64,000 nt of DNA from Sminthopsis crassicaudata. Its lineage: Eukaryota. Each line of letters starts with the position of its first letter. Position 1 is the first letter of the stretch. Location: the NCBI RefSeq assembly GCF_048593235.1, contig NC_133619.1, positions 73,794,454-73,858,453 of the forward strand, written 5' to 3'. The position numbers and the translations under genes were made by a program. A model generated the notes under the pieces. The model did no database searches and was not told the origin of the DNA. It was given only the letters and a program-made list of their open reading frames with translations. Below, in pieces: positions 1 through 12,345 of this stretch.

Positions 1-435
1 TTATCTTTGCTTAGTTACCACTCTAATTCAGGCACTCCTTACCCTCTTACCTAAAATGTAATTAGCTCCCAATTGTTTCTGTCTTTCACACCATACTTCC
101 AATCAGGTGGTAAAAATTGCTTAAAATGTAATCTGACCATGTCCCTCCTTTGCTTAAAATTCATCAGCAGTTCCTCATTTCCTCTGGGATAAAATACAAA
201 CTCTTCAATCTCAGTCTTGGGATCCTCTATATATTACTCAACTTTTTCATTATATTTCATATTACTCCCATTTGGGAAATTGGTAGATGTTTCCCCAACT
301 TGCCATTCCATCTCCTACCCCCTTTTTACCTGCACACACTCCTCCCCCTCTATTTCCTGCTTTTTTTTTTTTTTTTTTTTTGATTTTAGGAATTCTTATC
401 TTCTTTCAACATTAATTCAGGTGCCACCTCCTCAG
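1..435 (+). mobile_element. L2 LINE 3' region relic
   Basis: Contains ctgaccatgtccctcctttgcttaaaattc...cctctgggataaaatacaaactc and caggtgccacctcctc, typical L2 3' segments; highly diverged; approximate ends. Confidence 0.75.
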
Positions 436-605
436 TGAGTCAGGAAGACCTGGCTCCAAGTCCTGCCTACACAAGCTATTCTATCTCTTAGTGCTGTAGG
501 CAACTCTCTAAGTCTACAACTTACAAATCAGTTGCTGATCTACATCACTAGCAGGGGTTTCACTTGGGACTTCTCCCCATAGGTAAAGTCATAGATTCTG
601 ACCAA
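436..605 (+). mobile_element. Marsupial CORE-SINE fragment (Mar3/MdoRep-like tail; family name uncertain)
   Basis: gagtcaggaagacctgg head followed by the marsupial-specific ggcaactctctaag...gttgctgatctacat...atagattctgacc tail. Confidence 0.65.
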
Positions 606-610
606 ATTAA

Positions 611-704
611 ATATATATGTATATATACATATGCATATATATGTGTATATATATGTACATATATATGTATGCATATATATATATATGAACATACACACAC
701 ACAT
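611..704. repeat. Compound (TA)/(TATG)/(CA) microsatellite
   Basis: Directly visible. Confidence 0.9.
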
Positions 705-959
705 AAAGAATGATATGTCAAATATGTGATCTATAAAAATAAAAACAAAAAATCCCTCCCTTCAGTAAGCTTACTTTCTATTGAATTTAACTCTATCTAA
801 TTTTTTGATAAAACACATTATCTCTTAGTTACTTTTACTCTACCTTAGAGATTTAATACATTGGAAAGAATTTAAATAATAATATTTAATTATCTCTTCC
901 CAGAATTAAAGAATATATAAATCAGAAAAAGAAAAAAATTAGATGAAAAGAAGATAATT

Positions 960-1345
960 AGGACATAGCTCATCTGCAGCAATTTCCAAAATTTAGATAT
1001 AATAAATGTTGTTTGCTTCACTGAATTTTTATCCTCTTCCAGATCCCTTAATAAGGCTGTTCTCCAAAGGTCTCCGGTTCTCATATATTTCCTTTTTTCT
1101 CTTTATGTCCTTCTTCTTGGCATTCTCATTCATTTCTTCATTATATTTCAATAACTATCTCTAAGCAGATAATTCCCACATTTTTATCTTCAGTTCTAAC
1201 TTTGCTGCTAAATCTGCAGACTTGAATCTCTTAACTATCTAAAGGGCATCTCTACCCAAATGTCAAACTGGGACTGCCATTTCCAAATTGATTTCCTTAT
1301 CTCTTCCTTGCCATCCCCTTCCCTACAATCCATACCTCCTTTTGA
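960..1345 (+). mobile_element. L2 ORF2 3' relic
   Basis: gcagataattcccacatttttatcttcag and ttccaaattgatttccttatc resemble the L2 RT/3' region. Confidence 0.65.
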
Positions 1346-1396
1346 CTTCGTGGAATCACATCTGGGATGGGCCTCAAAGATCTAGCTAAACCCTTC

Positions 1397-1510
1397 TCAA
1401 TTAATCAACAATTATTTATTAAACACCTATTAGATGTCAGGTACCTTGTTTGCAAAGGAAAAGGACTGACAGTTCTATTGACAAAATAACCACAATCAAT
1501 TATACCAGGC
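1397..1510 (-). mobile_element. L2 3' tail
   Basis: tcaattaatcaacaattatttattaaacacctatta = reverse complement of the L2 terminus. Confidence 0.6.
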
Positions 1511-1755
1511 TTTTTTTTTAGATAATTCTAAAGAGGGAAATGATTACGTTATAATTCAGACTACTCTGGCATGTATGAGTCTATTTTTTAGGAAGTTTTT
1601 CCTTATACTGAATCTAAATATGTTTATCTCCTTTATTGCTTTTAATTCTCAGACATATCATTTCATGATACTTATCTTAAGAAAATTTCTTAAATATTTT
1701 GTTGAAAATAGCCAATGTGTATAACGATGATGGTGTAGTGTAGTGACCTCATGGT

Positions 1756-1974
1756 GGGGAGAGAGAGGAGACAGAGAAACAGACAGACAGAAGCAGAGGA
1801 GACAGAGGCAGAGAGAGCGAGAAAGAGAGCGAAAGAGATACAGAGACAGAAGACAAGCAGAAAGAGAGGGGGAAAGTGGAGGGGAAAGGTGAGAGAGGGG
1901 GAAAGGAAGACCGAGAGAGAGGGAGGGAGAGGGAGGAAGAGAAGAGAGGAGAGGAGAGATAGAGAGAGGGAGAG
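1756..1974. repeat. GA-rich low-complexity polypurine tract
   Basis: About 220 bp almost purely A/G; source of the spurious R/E-rich ORF 1751-1978. Confidence 0.95.
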
Positions 1975-3504
1975 TTAGGTATGCTCTGTTTTTGACAAAA
2001 CTCTTTGCAAATATTAATAGCTTCCCTTATTACATGTTTACAAATAATCCTCTTGATTATATATTCTATAATTTTGTCTAGCTTTGAAATTTATCCAACT
2101 ATATCTTTTATTTTACTCCTTTTTTGGTTTGTCTTTGGAAATTGGAATATGTACCTTTTCCAGTACTATAGTACTTATCTATTCTCCATATCTTTCATCA
2201 ATCACTTGGCTATCCCATGAACCAGTACCTTTTTTATTATTTCCATGAGTAGCAGCACAGACTTGATAGTTTATGTCCATGGAACCTACTCTTCACCTCA
2301 TGTTTATAACAATGGGATTTACCTTTGACTTTTCTATCTTTCATATGTGATCAGATACTGCTAAGTCTTGTCCATTTCACACTTGCAGAGTCATTCAAAA
2401 TTTTTATAGCTCTTTTTTTCTCATTGCCACTGTCCTAGCAGAGACATCTATAGTCATCTAAGTGCCTATTCCCCCAAGAAGTATGTTTCTTCCTGCTCCC
2501 TCACCCTGATCCATAACCATGCTCCAGATCCCATTAGTTAATAAAGATCTACTTTGTTTTATTTTATATTTTATGTACTAATCACATAATATAGTTTCAC
2601 TTAATTATATTTATGCATAACTCATTCTTCTGCTAAACTATAAGCATCTTGAAGAAGAGGACTTTTTTTTCCCTCTAAAATATTTATCTCACCCAATATC
2701 TAATACAATGTATTAAATACTGAAGGTGGCTAAAAGCTATTTTTTTTGCTACATTTTCTCTTCAGTAACAGCGAAATGATTTGAAACTATGCAACTTTCT
2801 AAGTCCTCTTGAATTAGTTCTCATAGTATGGAATACTTTTTGTTTATTTACTTAATGAATTATAAATACTCTTACACTAAATATCCTGATAATTAAATGT
2901 AAGTGTACTAATTAAATGTAAATATACCAAAACAAAGAGAAATACTGTATGCATCATTTTGAGTGATCTGCAATGTCTCTTTCCAATAGTATATGTAATT
3001 AGGAGTTGATTGTATACTTTCTAAAGGGAAAGTTCCAAAGAAATTCATATTGCTATTTTATTAATACCATTAGCTCTTTGATCCTAAAATACTGTAGACA
3101 GGATACTATAAAATGAGTGAAATCATTAATCACAGGAGAAAATAGCATCTGATAAATGGTGAATGCTTAATAAAGTTTTTGGCAATGTGAATCAAACAAT
3201 ATGAGCATTTTTGCTAAATGTGATGTTATTTGTAAAGTTCAACCTCATCAAAATGTATAATCTCAAAGCATAACTCTAAAATCCATACTTAATAAGGGAT
3301 CTTTGAAACCCAAATTCTCATTCCATTCTCTTCATCTCACCAAAGTCCATTATTCAGTCATTTTAAAAAACAATCAAGGTATCTTGCATAATGTATATGT
3401 TTACAAATACCTGATATTCCAATTGATCAATTAACAAGTATAATATAATGATCTCCAGATGTCCAAACTCAGATCTTATTCCCTTACATTAAGAACCAAT
3501 TTTT

Positions 3505-3770
3505 TTCATTCAACTAAATATGTAATCATTCAGCTATATGTAAAGAGTTCTCTATACAAAATGGTAGGGAGGTAAGAGGTGATTTCTGCACCGTGGGACT
3601 TACAGTTTAGTAGGGAGATATGACAGCTGCACAAAAGCTGAAGCAAAGTACCTCTATAGACATTTTTGACTAAAGGGATCATCAAAAGACTGCCTGACTG
3701 AAGTGATATTTGAATTGGGCTTGGAAAGAGGGGTAGAAAGTCAACAAGGAAGCAAGGGTATTAAAGACAT
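3505..3770 (-). mobile_element. L2 relic
   Basis: aatcattcagctatatgtaaag...gggacttacagtttagtagggaga...gtgatatttgaattgggcttggaaag, reverse-oriented L2 3' region. Confidence 0.55.
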
Positions 3771-4084
3771 TTTGCTGTTGTTATCATCATCATAATATAC
3801 ACATGCTAAGGGATAATAATTGTGCCAGAATAAAGTCAATTTTACACAATTGTCATAGAAGGTTATATTAATATCATCCATTTGGCATTGCATTCAAATT
3901 TATAGGTCTAAAACATGTATATCCATGTACATAGATATCTACATATTAACATATGCACACATATACACGCACAGATAAATATGTGCACATATACACATGA
4001 ATATATATATATAAAATAAACATGCACAGTTATGTATATTTCTTTATCCTTCTTTTACACATAGGGGCTCTTTTGTAGGTAAAT

Positions 4085-4692
4085 GAGAAAAGGATAATCA
4101 TATTCTAATAAGCACTAGTAAAAGTGTATAGCATAGTAGACTGAACTTCAAGATTTTGATTAATGACAAAAGTGTTGCAATTTAAGACTCTATTAATCTA
4201 CTTCTCTACATTTTAGGAAGGGCATTGATAAATTGAGGAATAAATGAGCTAGGATAGTTAAAAAATCTTGGGTTCATGATAAATGGTAATTAGCCCAAGA
4301 GGTTCTAGGAATATTTAACCTAGAGAAGAGGAGAATGGGGGGCTAGAGATAGGAAACAGGATCAGAGGTGGGGAGAAGGGTCACAATTGTCTTCAAGTAT
4401 TTAAAGGTCTGTCTTATGGAACAGTGTTTGGATTTTTAGTTCTTGCCTAAGAGGATACACCTAAGAACCATAATTGAAAGTCACAAAGAAGAATGTTTAG
4501 GTTTAATGTAGGGAAAAGTTTCTTAAAAGGTCAGAGGTCTCTAGAAGTAAAGTTGAAGGAGGAGAGTGCTACCTCATTGGAGGTTTTTAAGTAAAAGTTG
4601 TATGCATGTAATTTGGAGGATTTTTTTTCAGGTATTATTTGAACTCAATGATGACTTGAGATTCCTTCCAACTCTGAAAGTTTATGATTCTG
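4085..4692 (+). mobile_element. L3/CR1 LINE 3' end
   Basis: ttttaggaagggcattgataaattg, tttaacctagagaagag, gtcttcaagtatttaaagg and terminal gattccttccaactctgaaagtttatgattctgtg are CR1/L3 hallmarks. Confidence 0.85.
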
Positions 4693-5584
4693 TGTGCTGA
4701 TAACCATCATACAGTTGTTCTGAGCATTAAGTCAACTGTCTGAAAATTATTTTAAAAAGTGTTTATTTTAACCATATATGAATTTTATGCCTGTTTGTGT
4801 AAAAAATGCTTTCTGAAATTAACAAAGTATTTCTCAACAGATTCAAATGATTAGCTCAGATTTAATTTTTATTATTTATCCCTGCATCCTCACAAATGGA
4901 ATTTTTCCCTTGAGTGTGATATTAAGTTTAGCAACAAAGGGCTAGGTAGCAATAAATAAATGCATGGTGGGCAATGAAATAAGATAATGCCATTTTCTAG
5001 GAAAGAAAGCTGCAGCAGAGTTTATATTATCTATCCAGGAGGTCACTGGAAGAATCATAGAGCTCTAAATCTCTTATTACAGAATTTGGGCTACATGCTG
5101 TAGATTTCCTAAATACCCACTAATTTATTTGTATTGACTAAAATCAGAGAGATTCTAGTCAATCTGGACTTTCATAAAATTGGGGAAGAGAGAGAAAGAG
5201 TTCAGTACATAAAGGTTCATTTGTTTTAACTACTGGTTATCCTTTTCCTCAAAGAAACCTATCAATTTTTTATGAATGAAAATTAAGGAGCCAGCTGTAT
5301 CAAAGACTGCAATTCCCCTCTGCAATCCCCATTCCCAACTTCCCCTTTGCTTATTACCTTTTAAGTTTTGAAAGTTACTTTAAGTTTGAAACCTTGCTCT
5401 TATTTGTCAATACTTTTTCTAAACTGTAGTGCTAGAAGGATTAGTAGAAACCATCTAATTAATTCTTCTGCTGCACAATCTGGAGCATTTTCAGAGAAAT
5501 TCTAACCACAAGTTCCTTTAATGTTTCATTCTTAATGTTTACCATACCTGTTTCCAATCCAATCCTCTATTTTCATGTTTTAAT

Positions 5585-5720
5585 GAGGAATAATGTAGTG
5601 CTACGTTTGTGATCAGGACACCAGGTAGAAATATAGGCTCTTGTTATTTCCTAGCTTCATGACATTGGACAAATCATTTGATTATGCTGAGCTTCAGTTT
5701 ACTCATCTGTGAAAGACAGG
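5585..5720 (+). mobile_element. MIR fragment
   Basis: ctagcttcatgacattggacaaatcattt...ctgagcttcagtttactcatctgtgaaa core. Confidence 0.65.
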
Positions 5721-5895
5721 TGTGACTACATTTTTTTTTTGGCTTCAGGGGATAATCCAGAAAAAGGATGATGATGGGGAGGAATATATGTAACCTTAAA
5801 CTACTAGAGAGAGAATACCATTGCCAAAAGAGGCTAAAACTACAAGGAAGAAATGACAGGAGATTATTAATTGTTCTTCAGGAAAATAGGCACTT

Positions 5896-6060
5896 TAAAA
5901 TGTGGACATATGTTTAGAAGAATTGCATATATAATCTAGGGGAGAAGTGTGGGGGAAGGGAGGGAGAAAAATTTGTAACAAGGTTTTGCAAGAATGAATG
6001 TTGAAAACTATTTGTATATATTTTGAAAATAATAAGTTATTAATAAAAATAAAATAAAAA
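5896..6060 (+). mobile_element. 5'-truncated marsupial L1 3' end, bounded by a 13-bp TSD (5883-5895 / 6092-6104)
   Basis: G-rich gggaagggagggagaaaaatttg...aaggttttgcaagaatgaatgttgaaaactat L1 terminus plus A-rich tail; aaaataggcactt on both sides. Confidence 0.8.
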
Positions 6061-7357
6061 GCTAAGGAATTCTTAATGGAGTTCAAGTAAAAAAATAGGC
6101 ACTTAATAAATGCTTGTCACATTGTTTTGGATTTTTGAGTAGGGTTATACTCAGCTATTTATATTGCTGAGATACTGCAAGTGCTATCAGGATCCTCTAA
6201 AATTTGGTCCTTGGGGACAATATCCAGTAGTTAACTATCCTAGCTACAGAGTTGATAATAACTTTCATTAACTACCTCAAGATGAGTGGGGGAGTGTTAT
6301 GAAGAGAGTGTCCTGAAAAGCTTAAAGTGATAAATGAATATGAGCTATTATTAACCAATTTGACAGTAAATACTCTACCCTACATTAATTCCCTGAAAGA
6401 GAGAATACATGTCCAATGAAAACTAAGTTCCTGTAGCTGAATAACTCACATTTGCAGCCCCAAATCCCTCTCCCTTCTACTTGGACCCTGAGGGGAGTTA
6501 TCAGGTAATCATTTTCCACCTTCAGTCTTTTTCACCCCATTGCTCCACACTACTCTATTAGCAACACTGACTGGTTCCATGAACATATTTCAAGCCCCAA
6601 GTGTTACATGGCCAAATCAGTTCCATGGACAAATTAGGACCAAATGAGATCATGTTTGTAAGCCACTTTGTAAACCTTAAAGCAATCTACACATGTCAAC
6701 TATTGTTAGTTGAGGAAACTGCATTAAGACATTGGATCTAACTGCCTATGAAGGAAATGCCCTTAAGCTTCTTCTTACATATCAACATTCAGTTTTCCCA
6801 TCAGTGCACTAAAGTACTTATTAGATTGTAAAAGGGCCTGAAGTGGGTATAGAAAGCAGGAGGGGACTATGGTCCATTTTTGGACAGCTCTACATATACT
6901 ACAATGCTCCTCCTGTTCTATCGATTCCTGGCTATTTCTTTCCCTCCCTCACCCTTTGCCCCTTATTTTCTCCTGTTTTTCTTACTAATCCTCTTTCTTT
7001 CCCTTCAATCTCTTTGGAAAAGAGGACATGGTTAAGGATGAGAGGCAGTGGTCTGTCTTGGGTAGAGTAGGCAAAGTATTCAAGGTAATGTCTTTCCCAC
7101 CTCAGAAGCATGATTTAAAAGCTATACATGCTTTTACTTTTTTTCCAGCTTGATTTGTTTATAGTTTTGTTTACTAATAAGGCACTAGATAATAATGCTA
7201 ATTATTGTTGTAGGTGCTAATCTAAGAAGGGAAAGGAATAAAATGCACAATGTATAGAATCCTTTTATTTTATGGAGCCAACATCAGGAAGAAAGAAAAA
7301 AGTTTGACTCAGTAGGAAAATAAAAAATTACATAATTTATAAGCATATTCTGACAAT

Positions 7358-7600
7358 ATGGCATAGTAGAAAGAAAGCTGAGCTTAAAATCTGGAGAGAT
7401 CTCGGTTTAAATTCTGCCTTCAGTGCTTACCAACTGTATAAAGGGAAAGTCATTCAGCCATTTGAAGCCTCAATTTTCTTATCTACAAAATAGAGGTCAT
7501 GATACGTCTGTCTTATATGACAGTTATAAGGATCAAATGGTGTCATGTATTTAAATTGATATGAAAAACTTAAAGAACCTTATAAACATTGGGTGTTATA
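7358..7600 (+). mobile_element. MIR, near full length
   Basis: tggcatagtagaaaga head, cctcaattttcttatctacaaaat core, aaagaaccttataaac tail. Confidence 0.8.
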
Positions 7601-7689
7601 ACACTACAAGAAAATCACTGGATATTTGCCATTTTAGAACAAATATGGAATGGTTTTAAAGTAAGTTATTTATTGCCTTCTAATGGCAG

Positions 7690-7935
7690 AATGAAATCTC
7701 ACTGAAGGCAGGAACTGATGCACTTTTATATTTGCATCCCCTCTATTTAGCAGTCATTGAAATACATTATGAGCGTAGTAACTGCTTATTGCTTAATCAA
7801 ATCTCTTTGTTTTTAATGTGTTGTTCATATCTTCCCAACTAGTTTATCAATTCCTTGAAGAGAGGAATTAATTCTTAAAATCCCTTTATATTCTTGCAGT
7901 TTTGTTAAGATATTTATTAAGTGCCAAGTAAATAC
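7690..7935 (+). mobile_element. Two L2 3' tail fragments
   Basis: actgaaggcaggaactg...tatatttgcatccc and ttccttgaagagagg...aatacttatggattgatt. Confidence 0.5.
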
Positions 7936-10214
7936 TTATGGATTGATTAACTAGTAGACTTTAGGGTTATGAAGGGAGAAAAGTAAAGGCCTTCAACAAT
8001 TTCTGACCTTCTGATCTAAAGAAATGAAATCTTTAAAAACAGAGAGCTGTGACATTTGGGAAGGTACAAGAACAATGAAGATAATATCAATTGGGGTGTT
8101 GGGGAGGCCTCAAGAAAGGCCTTGCAAAGAAAGATAATAGAGAAGAAATCTATTGTAAAAATGGCCCCAGAATTCTCTGTGCACTAGTTGGTAAAAAAAA
8201 AAAAATAGAATATCTACAGCTGTGATACTAGGGTGATTTAGACCCTGAATGAGTGATGGAAAAAGAGGAGGCACAAGAAAGGCAAGAGACTTTTGGGAAA
8301 GATACAGAGTTTCATTTATAAAAATCAGAGACTTGGTCTAACAGGTGAGGAAGACTGAGGCATTTGAAAGATCTCATTCAGGCAATAGAGTTGCTAAATG
8401 TCCAGCTGCGTGCAAACAAGTGTAGTTTTAAATAGGGACATTGTTCTAAACAAATTTTAAATTTCATTTGCCCTCCAATGTTGTCTTATCAATCATTGAG
8501 ATATCAATATTCACCCACCACCTGCAATCAACATTATTCTCTAACTTGATTAATATACTACAAGTGCCCTTCTACTCAAGTTAGATTGCAAATCAGTCCA
8601 GTTCCATCTCATCCCTAGCATAAATTAAATTTACCCTTCATGGGGTTTATCTTGGAAAGAGAGAATGTCACCCACAATACATTTGCAGCCTAAAGTTTCA
8701 CAAGAAGCAGAGTCTGAGTAGGGAAATAATAAGAGAAGCAACAAAAAGCATTTCATTTCTTTTGGCTGCTTGCCTTCTGGTTTGAAGAAAAATACTTGGT
8801 TACTTGCAGGAAGCCTGTTCATTTTGGATAATCCTTTCAGAGACACCTGTGAAAACTGGTTAAATGATCCAAAGGCAGAATTTAGGCTCTGAATCCCAAA
8901 TCCATCATGAAGAGAAATAAATCTTCAAATGTGAACATTTCAGAAAGGGAATAATATGCAGCACTTCATGTTTATTATGATGCTATTAAGCTACTGACAG
9001 TTGAAAATATCTGAGTTGTTTCAACAGTATCAAGAAAATATCTCTTTATAGTCTATTTTCATTATTTTGGCATTACACTACAGAAATCTTACTCCTAAGT
9101 TGATAACAGAATATTAATGGTTTTTCTTTGGGTCAACCCATTCAAGTAATTTTGAATCCACTCCCCTACTAGATTATTATCTATCATCATTTCATTCTTT
9201 CTACAAGACCAGCACAACAAACTTGATCAAATACACAATTAAAATGTATATAAGCGATGTCTACATAATTCTCCCAGTTGATTACTTTGGCAACCTCTCT
9301 AGTCTGTTACAATCTGTTGTTGTTAAAGCCAAGCTAGCTCTTTGTGATAACTACTTATTTTTCTCGTAGTTATAACAAATAATACCTTCTGTGATTAAGG
9401 TTTGCCAACTAAATTAATAGTCAGAACCTCCATATATAAACTAACTGGATCTCTAGAAAATAAATTTATTCCAAAGCAGCCTTCAAGGAATTAAAGAACC
9501 GCTAAAGAAAATGTCCCCCCAAATCCAAAATTGTTTAGGTTCATTTAAGAGCTCTTTTCTATAGAGACTTTTTAAAAGAAAGGATTAATCCAATAATATA
9601 TATTCTTATATTCCTGAGAGAGGAGAAGGGAAGCTAGTATTACTGAGGCAGTCTTGGATCCCCTTAACAACAAAAAATGTCCAAGTTTATAGGGTGAAAA
9701 CTAGCATGTATTGTAACATATCAAGTCAACAGTTCAGCAAGTTGAGGGTAAAAGAAAAGCATATCAGCTGTTCATAAGTCAGATCAAATAATATTTGTAA
9801 AGTAATTAGTACAAATTCCTGGCTCATAGTAGACATTTAATAACTCTCATTCCCTTTTCCTTCTCCACATGATATTCTTATGCTTCTATATGATGATGAC
9901 ATATGCTATAATCACCATCTACATTTTACTAATTTAACTTTTTTAACTTTTCAAGAGTTTATACATTAAATAAGCATGTTTTTTTGAATGATTCATTTTC
10001 CTTAATTCTCAAAAACTGCACTCTTCTCCAAAGATAAAGTGAGGAGATGAAGTGAAGATCTCTTTTTTTTTTTCATGGCCTTCTCCCTTTCTTCTCCTTT
10101 CACTGATCTTCTTCCCAAATATAGATGCAGATGCAGATATAAATATGATCAGAACTACACAAGGATTCCTTTGTCTTACTTTCTCCATTAAAAAAAGGAT
10201 AATTTTATACTTTT

Positions 10215-10555
10215 AAGTCACAAATTGGGAAAGAGAAACGAAAGTGTTCAGCAAAAAAGAAAATTAAAAGAAAAAGAAGTTGGCAGGGAAAATTAAGCAA
10301 TTGTAATAATAAATCTGGGTTTCAGGGAGCAGATGACAGAATATAACTTTCACTGATCAGCAGAGAGGTGAGCAACTATGGGACAGGATGGTATATACAT
10401 TGTCACATGCCTCAACTGTATTAATTAGTTCTGCTTAACTGTTTTTCATTATTACAAAGGAATTTTCAATTGAAAATGACTAGAAGAGAGGGAGGTATCT
10501 AGAAATGAATCCTATAAAAAACAAAAGGCATCAATAAAACTTATTTAAAAACATT
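10215..10555 (+). mobile_element. Old marsupial L1 3' UTR relic
   Basis: cagcagagaggtgagcaactat...attagttctgcttaactgtttttc...aaaaacaaaaggcatcaataaaac. Confidence 0.55.
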
Positions 10556-11404
10556 TCCTTGCAGTTCTTAGTGTTTTTGATGTTTTTCCAGGTAGATATA
10601 AATCATTTATAAAAGTTATCCACCACTTTTAGAGTCAGAAAATGAGGAATTCTTGAAACAACTAATATAAAACATTGCCGAAACCCACTCACACTGGGCA
10701 TTCATCATTCCATCATCTGGATTTGTTAGAAACAAAGAAAAACCACAAACAAAGAGGCAAAGGGCAATTCCAACAGAAGAAATATGCCATGGATTTTTTT
10801 TTCTTCTTCATCAATTTAACTTACTGTGAAAAGACGGCTTATGAAACTATTGAGTCTATGTGTATGTCTCCCTCCCCCCAGCTTTTCTAGACCATCATAA
10901 TTTGATAAAATTGCCTTGGCAAGGGTAAAAGGAAAAGTTTTTGCTTCCTGGACATCTGAGCTATTTATTTTCCTTCCTTTTACTTAATGAGTAACAAGAT
11001 CATCACTTTTTTTTGTTTCATGCAGTATATACTGACTCTTACCCTATGCCCAATCTACCAGACTCCACTATTGCCTCTCATGTGGCTATGTTAGGGACAT
11101 CTGGACAATATCTGACAGTTATTTATGATGCAGAATGGATCATAAGATGAAATCAGGGACAGACCTAGAATTCTATCAATGGAAGAAGTCCGAGAAGGTA
11201 ATGGCATGACTGGATCACCAGCAAACCTTCCCTAACCCTTTTTAGTCTTGATAACTCAAAGTGGATAGTCCCATTCCTCTCTCAATATATCTTTAATGTT
11301 TATATAGACTATGATTTTAATTTTTAAAAATAATAAAAATTTATTTACTTTTAAAAATAAAGCTGTGAAAATAATAGTTAACTTAGGACTTTTTAAATGA
11401 AAGG

Positions 11405-12345
11405 TGAAAAATCAGACATTTCAATTCAATCCAAAAAAACATTTATTGACTACTATGTGCAAGATATTCTATTTGCAAAACATAAAAAAATGATCAATCA
11501 CAATTCTTACCCTGAAGGTGTCAAAACTAACCAGGGAAAGGAAGAAGAAATCATGTACAAAAAAACTGGGATGCAAAGAATAGTGTGATTAGTATGATCC
11601 AAGGCTTCTTTTTTTAAACAGGGGTCTGAATTTTTATTTTAAAAATGTTTATCATTATTTCAATATAATTAGTTCTCTTTGTAATTCTATGCATTTTATA
11701 ACATTCTGAGAAGGGCTTCACCAAATTGCCAAAGAGTTTCGTGACATAAAAAAATAAGCCCTCTAAGAAATTTGAGTGAAGAAAACATTTTCATCTATGT
11801 AAATTATGAAAGACTTTACAGAGAAGCTGAGATTTGAGTTAGACCTTTCAAGAAAGATGGAACTGCACAAATGGAAACTGAGGTAAAGTTCATTACAAAT
11901 ATGAGATGTGAACAAAGCCTCAAAGACAAAAAGGGAATGTAAAGAATGAGTTGGAGCTGTTCTTGTTTAGTCAACTTGTAGAGTGCATGAAGGGAAGTAA
12001 TTTGGACTGGATTTATCAATTGCTAGCAGGTTATAGAAAGCCTTTAATGCCAGAATAGGAATTTATATTTTATTCAGGAAGCAATGGGATGTCAGTGGAG
12101 GTTTCTAGTAGAGAAGCGGTGTGCTCAGAGCACTGCATTAAAATTATATAGGGAATAGGGAAGAAAGTGGAGGAAAACCAGTCAGGAGACTATTGCCACA
12201 ATTTATGAGAGATAACATTAAGGCAGGTACTAAGTCAGATGGATACAATAAAAATTTACAGAAGTGAACAGGAGAGATGGTATGAAAGCATTAATGACAA
12301 GCAAATTAGTAGATGTGGCAAGAGAAAAAGAAAAAAGAATCTATG
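11405..12345 (-). mobile_element. L2 relic interrupted by a hAT MITE
   Basis: caatccaaaaaaacatttattgactactatgtgc tail; later gccagaataggaatttatattttattcaggaagcaatggga and ccagtcaggagactattgcc segments. Confidence 0.75.
11600..11765. mobile_element. hAT/Charlie-type MITE (DNA transposon relic)
   Basis: ttcaatataattagttctctttgtaattctatg...ttctgagaagggcttcaccaaattgccaaagag...gacataaaaaaataag matches a common therian hAT MITE recalled from consensus. Confidence 0.6.

Noticed and set aside
1751-1978. Arg/Glu-rich ORF
   Set aside because: Translation of a GA-rich simple repeat.
11026-11200. Possible exon or gypsy-RT relic (good acceptor, DSYPMPNL resembling D-x-YPLP, donor AAG|GTAATG)
   Set aside because: All three frames stop before the donor, and later RT motifs are absent. 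A tblastn search would settle it.
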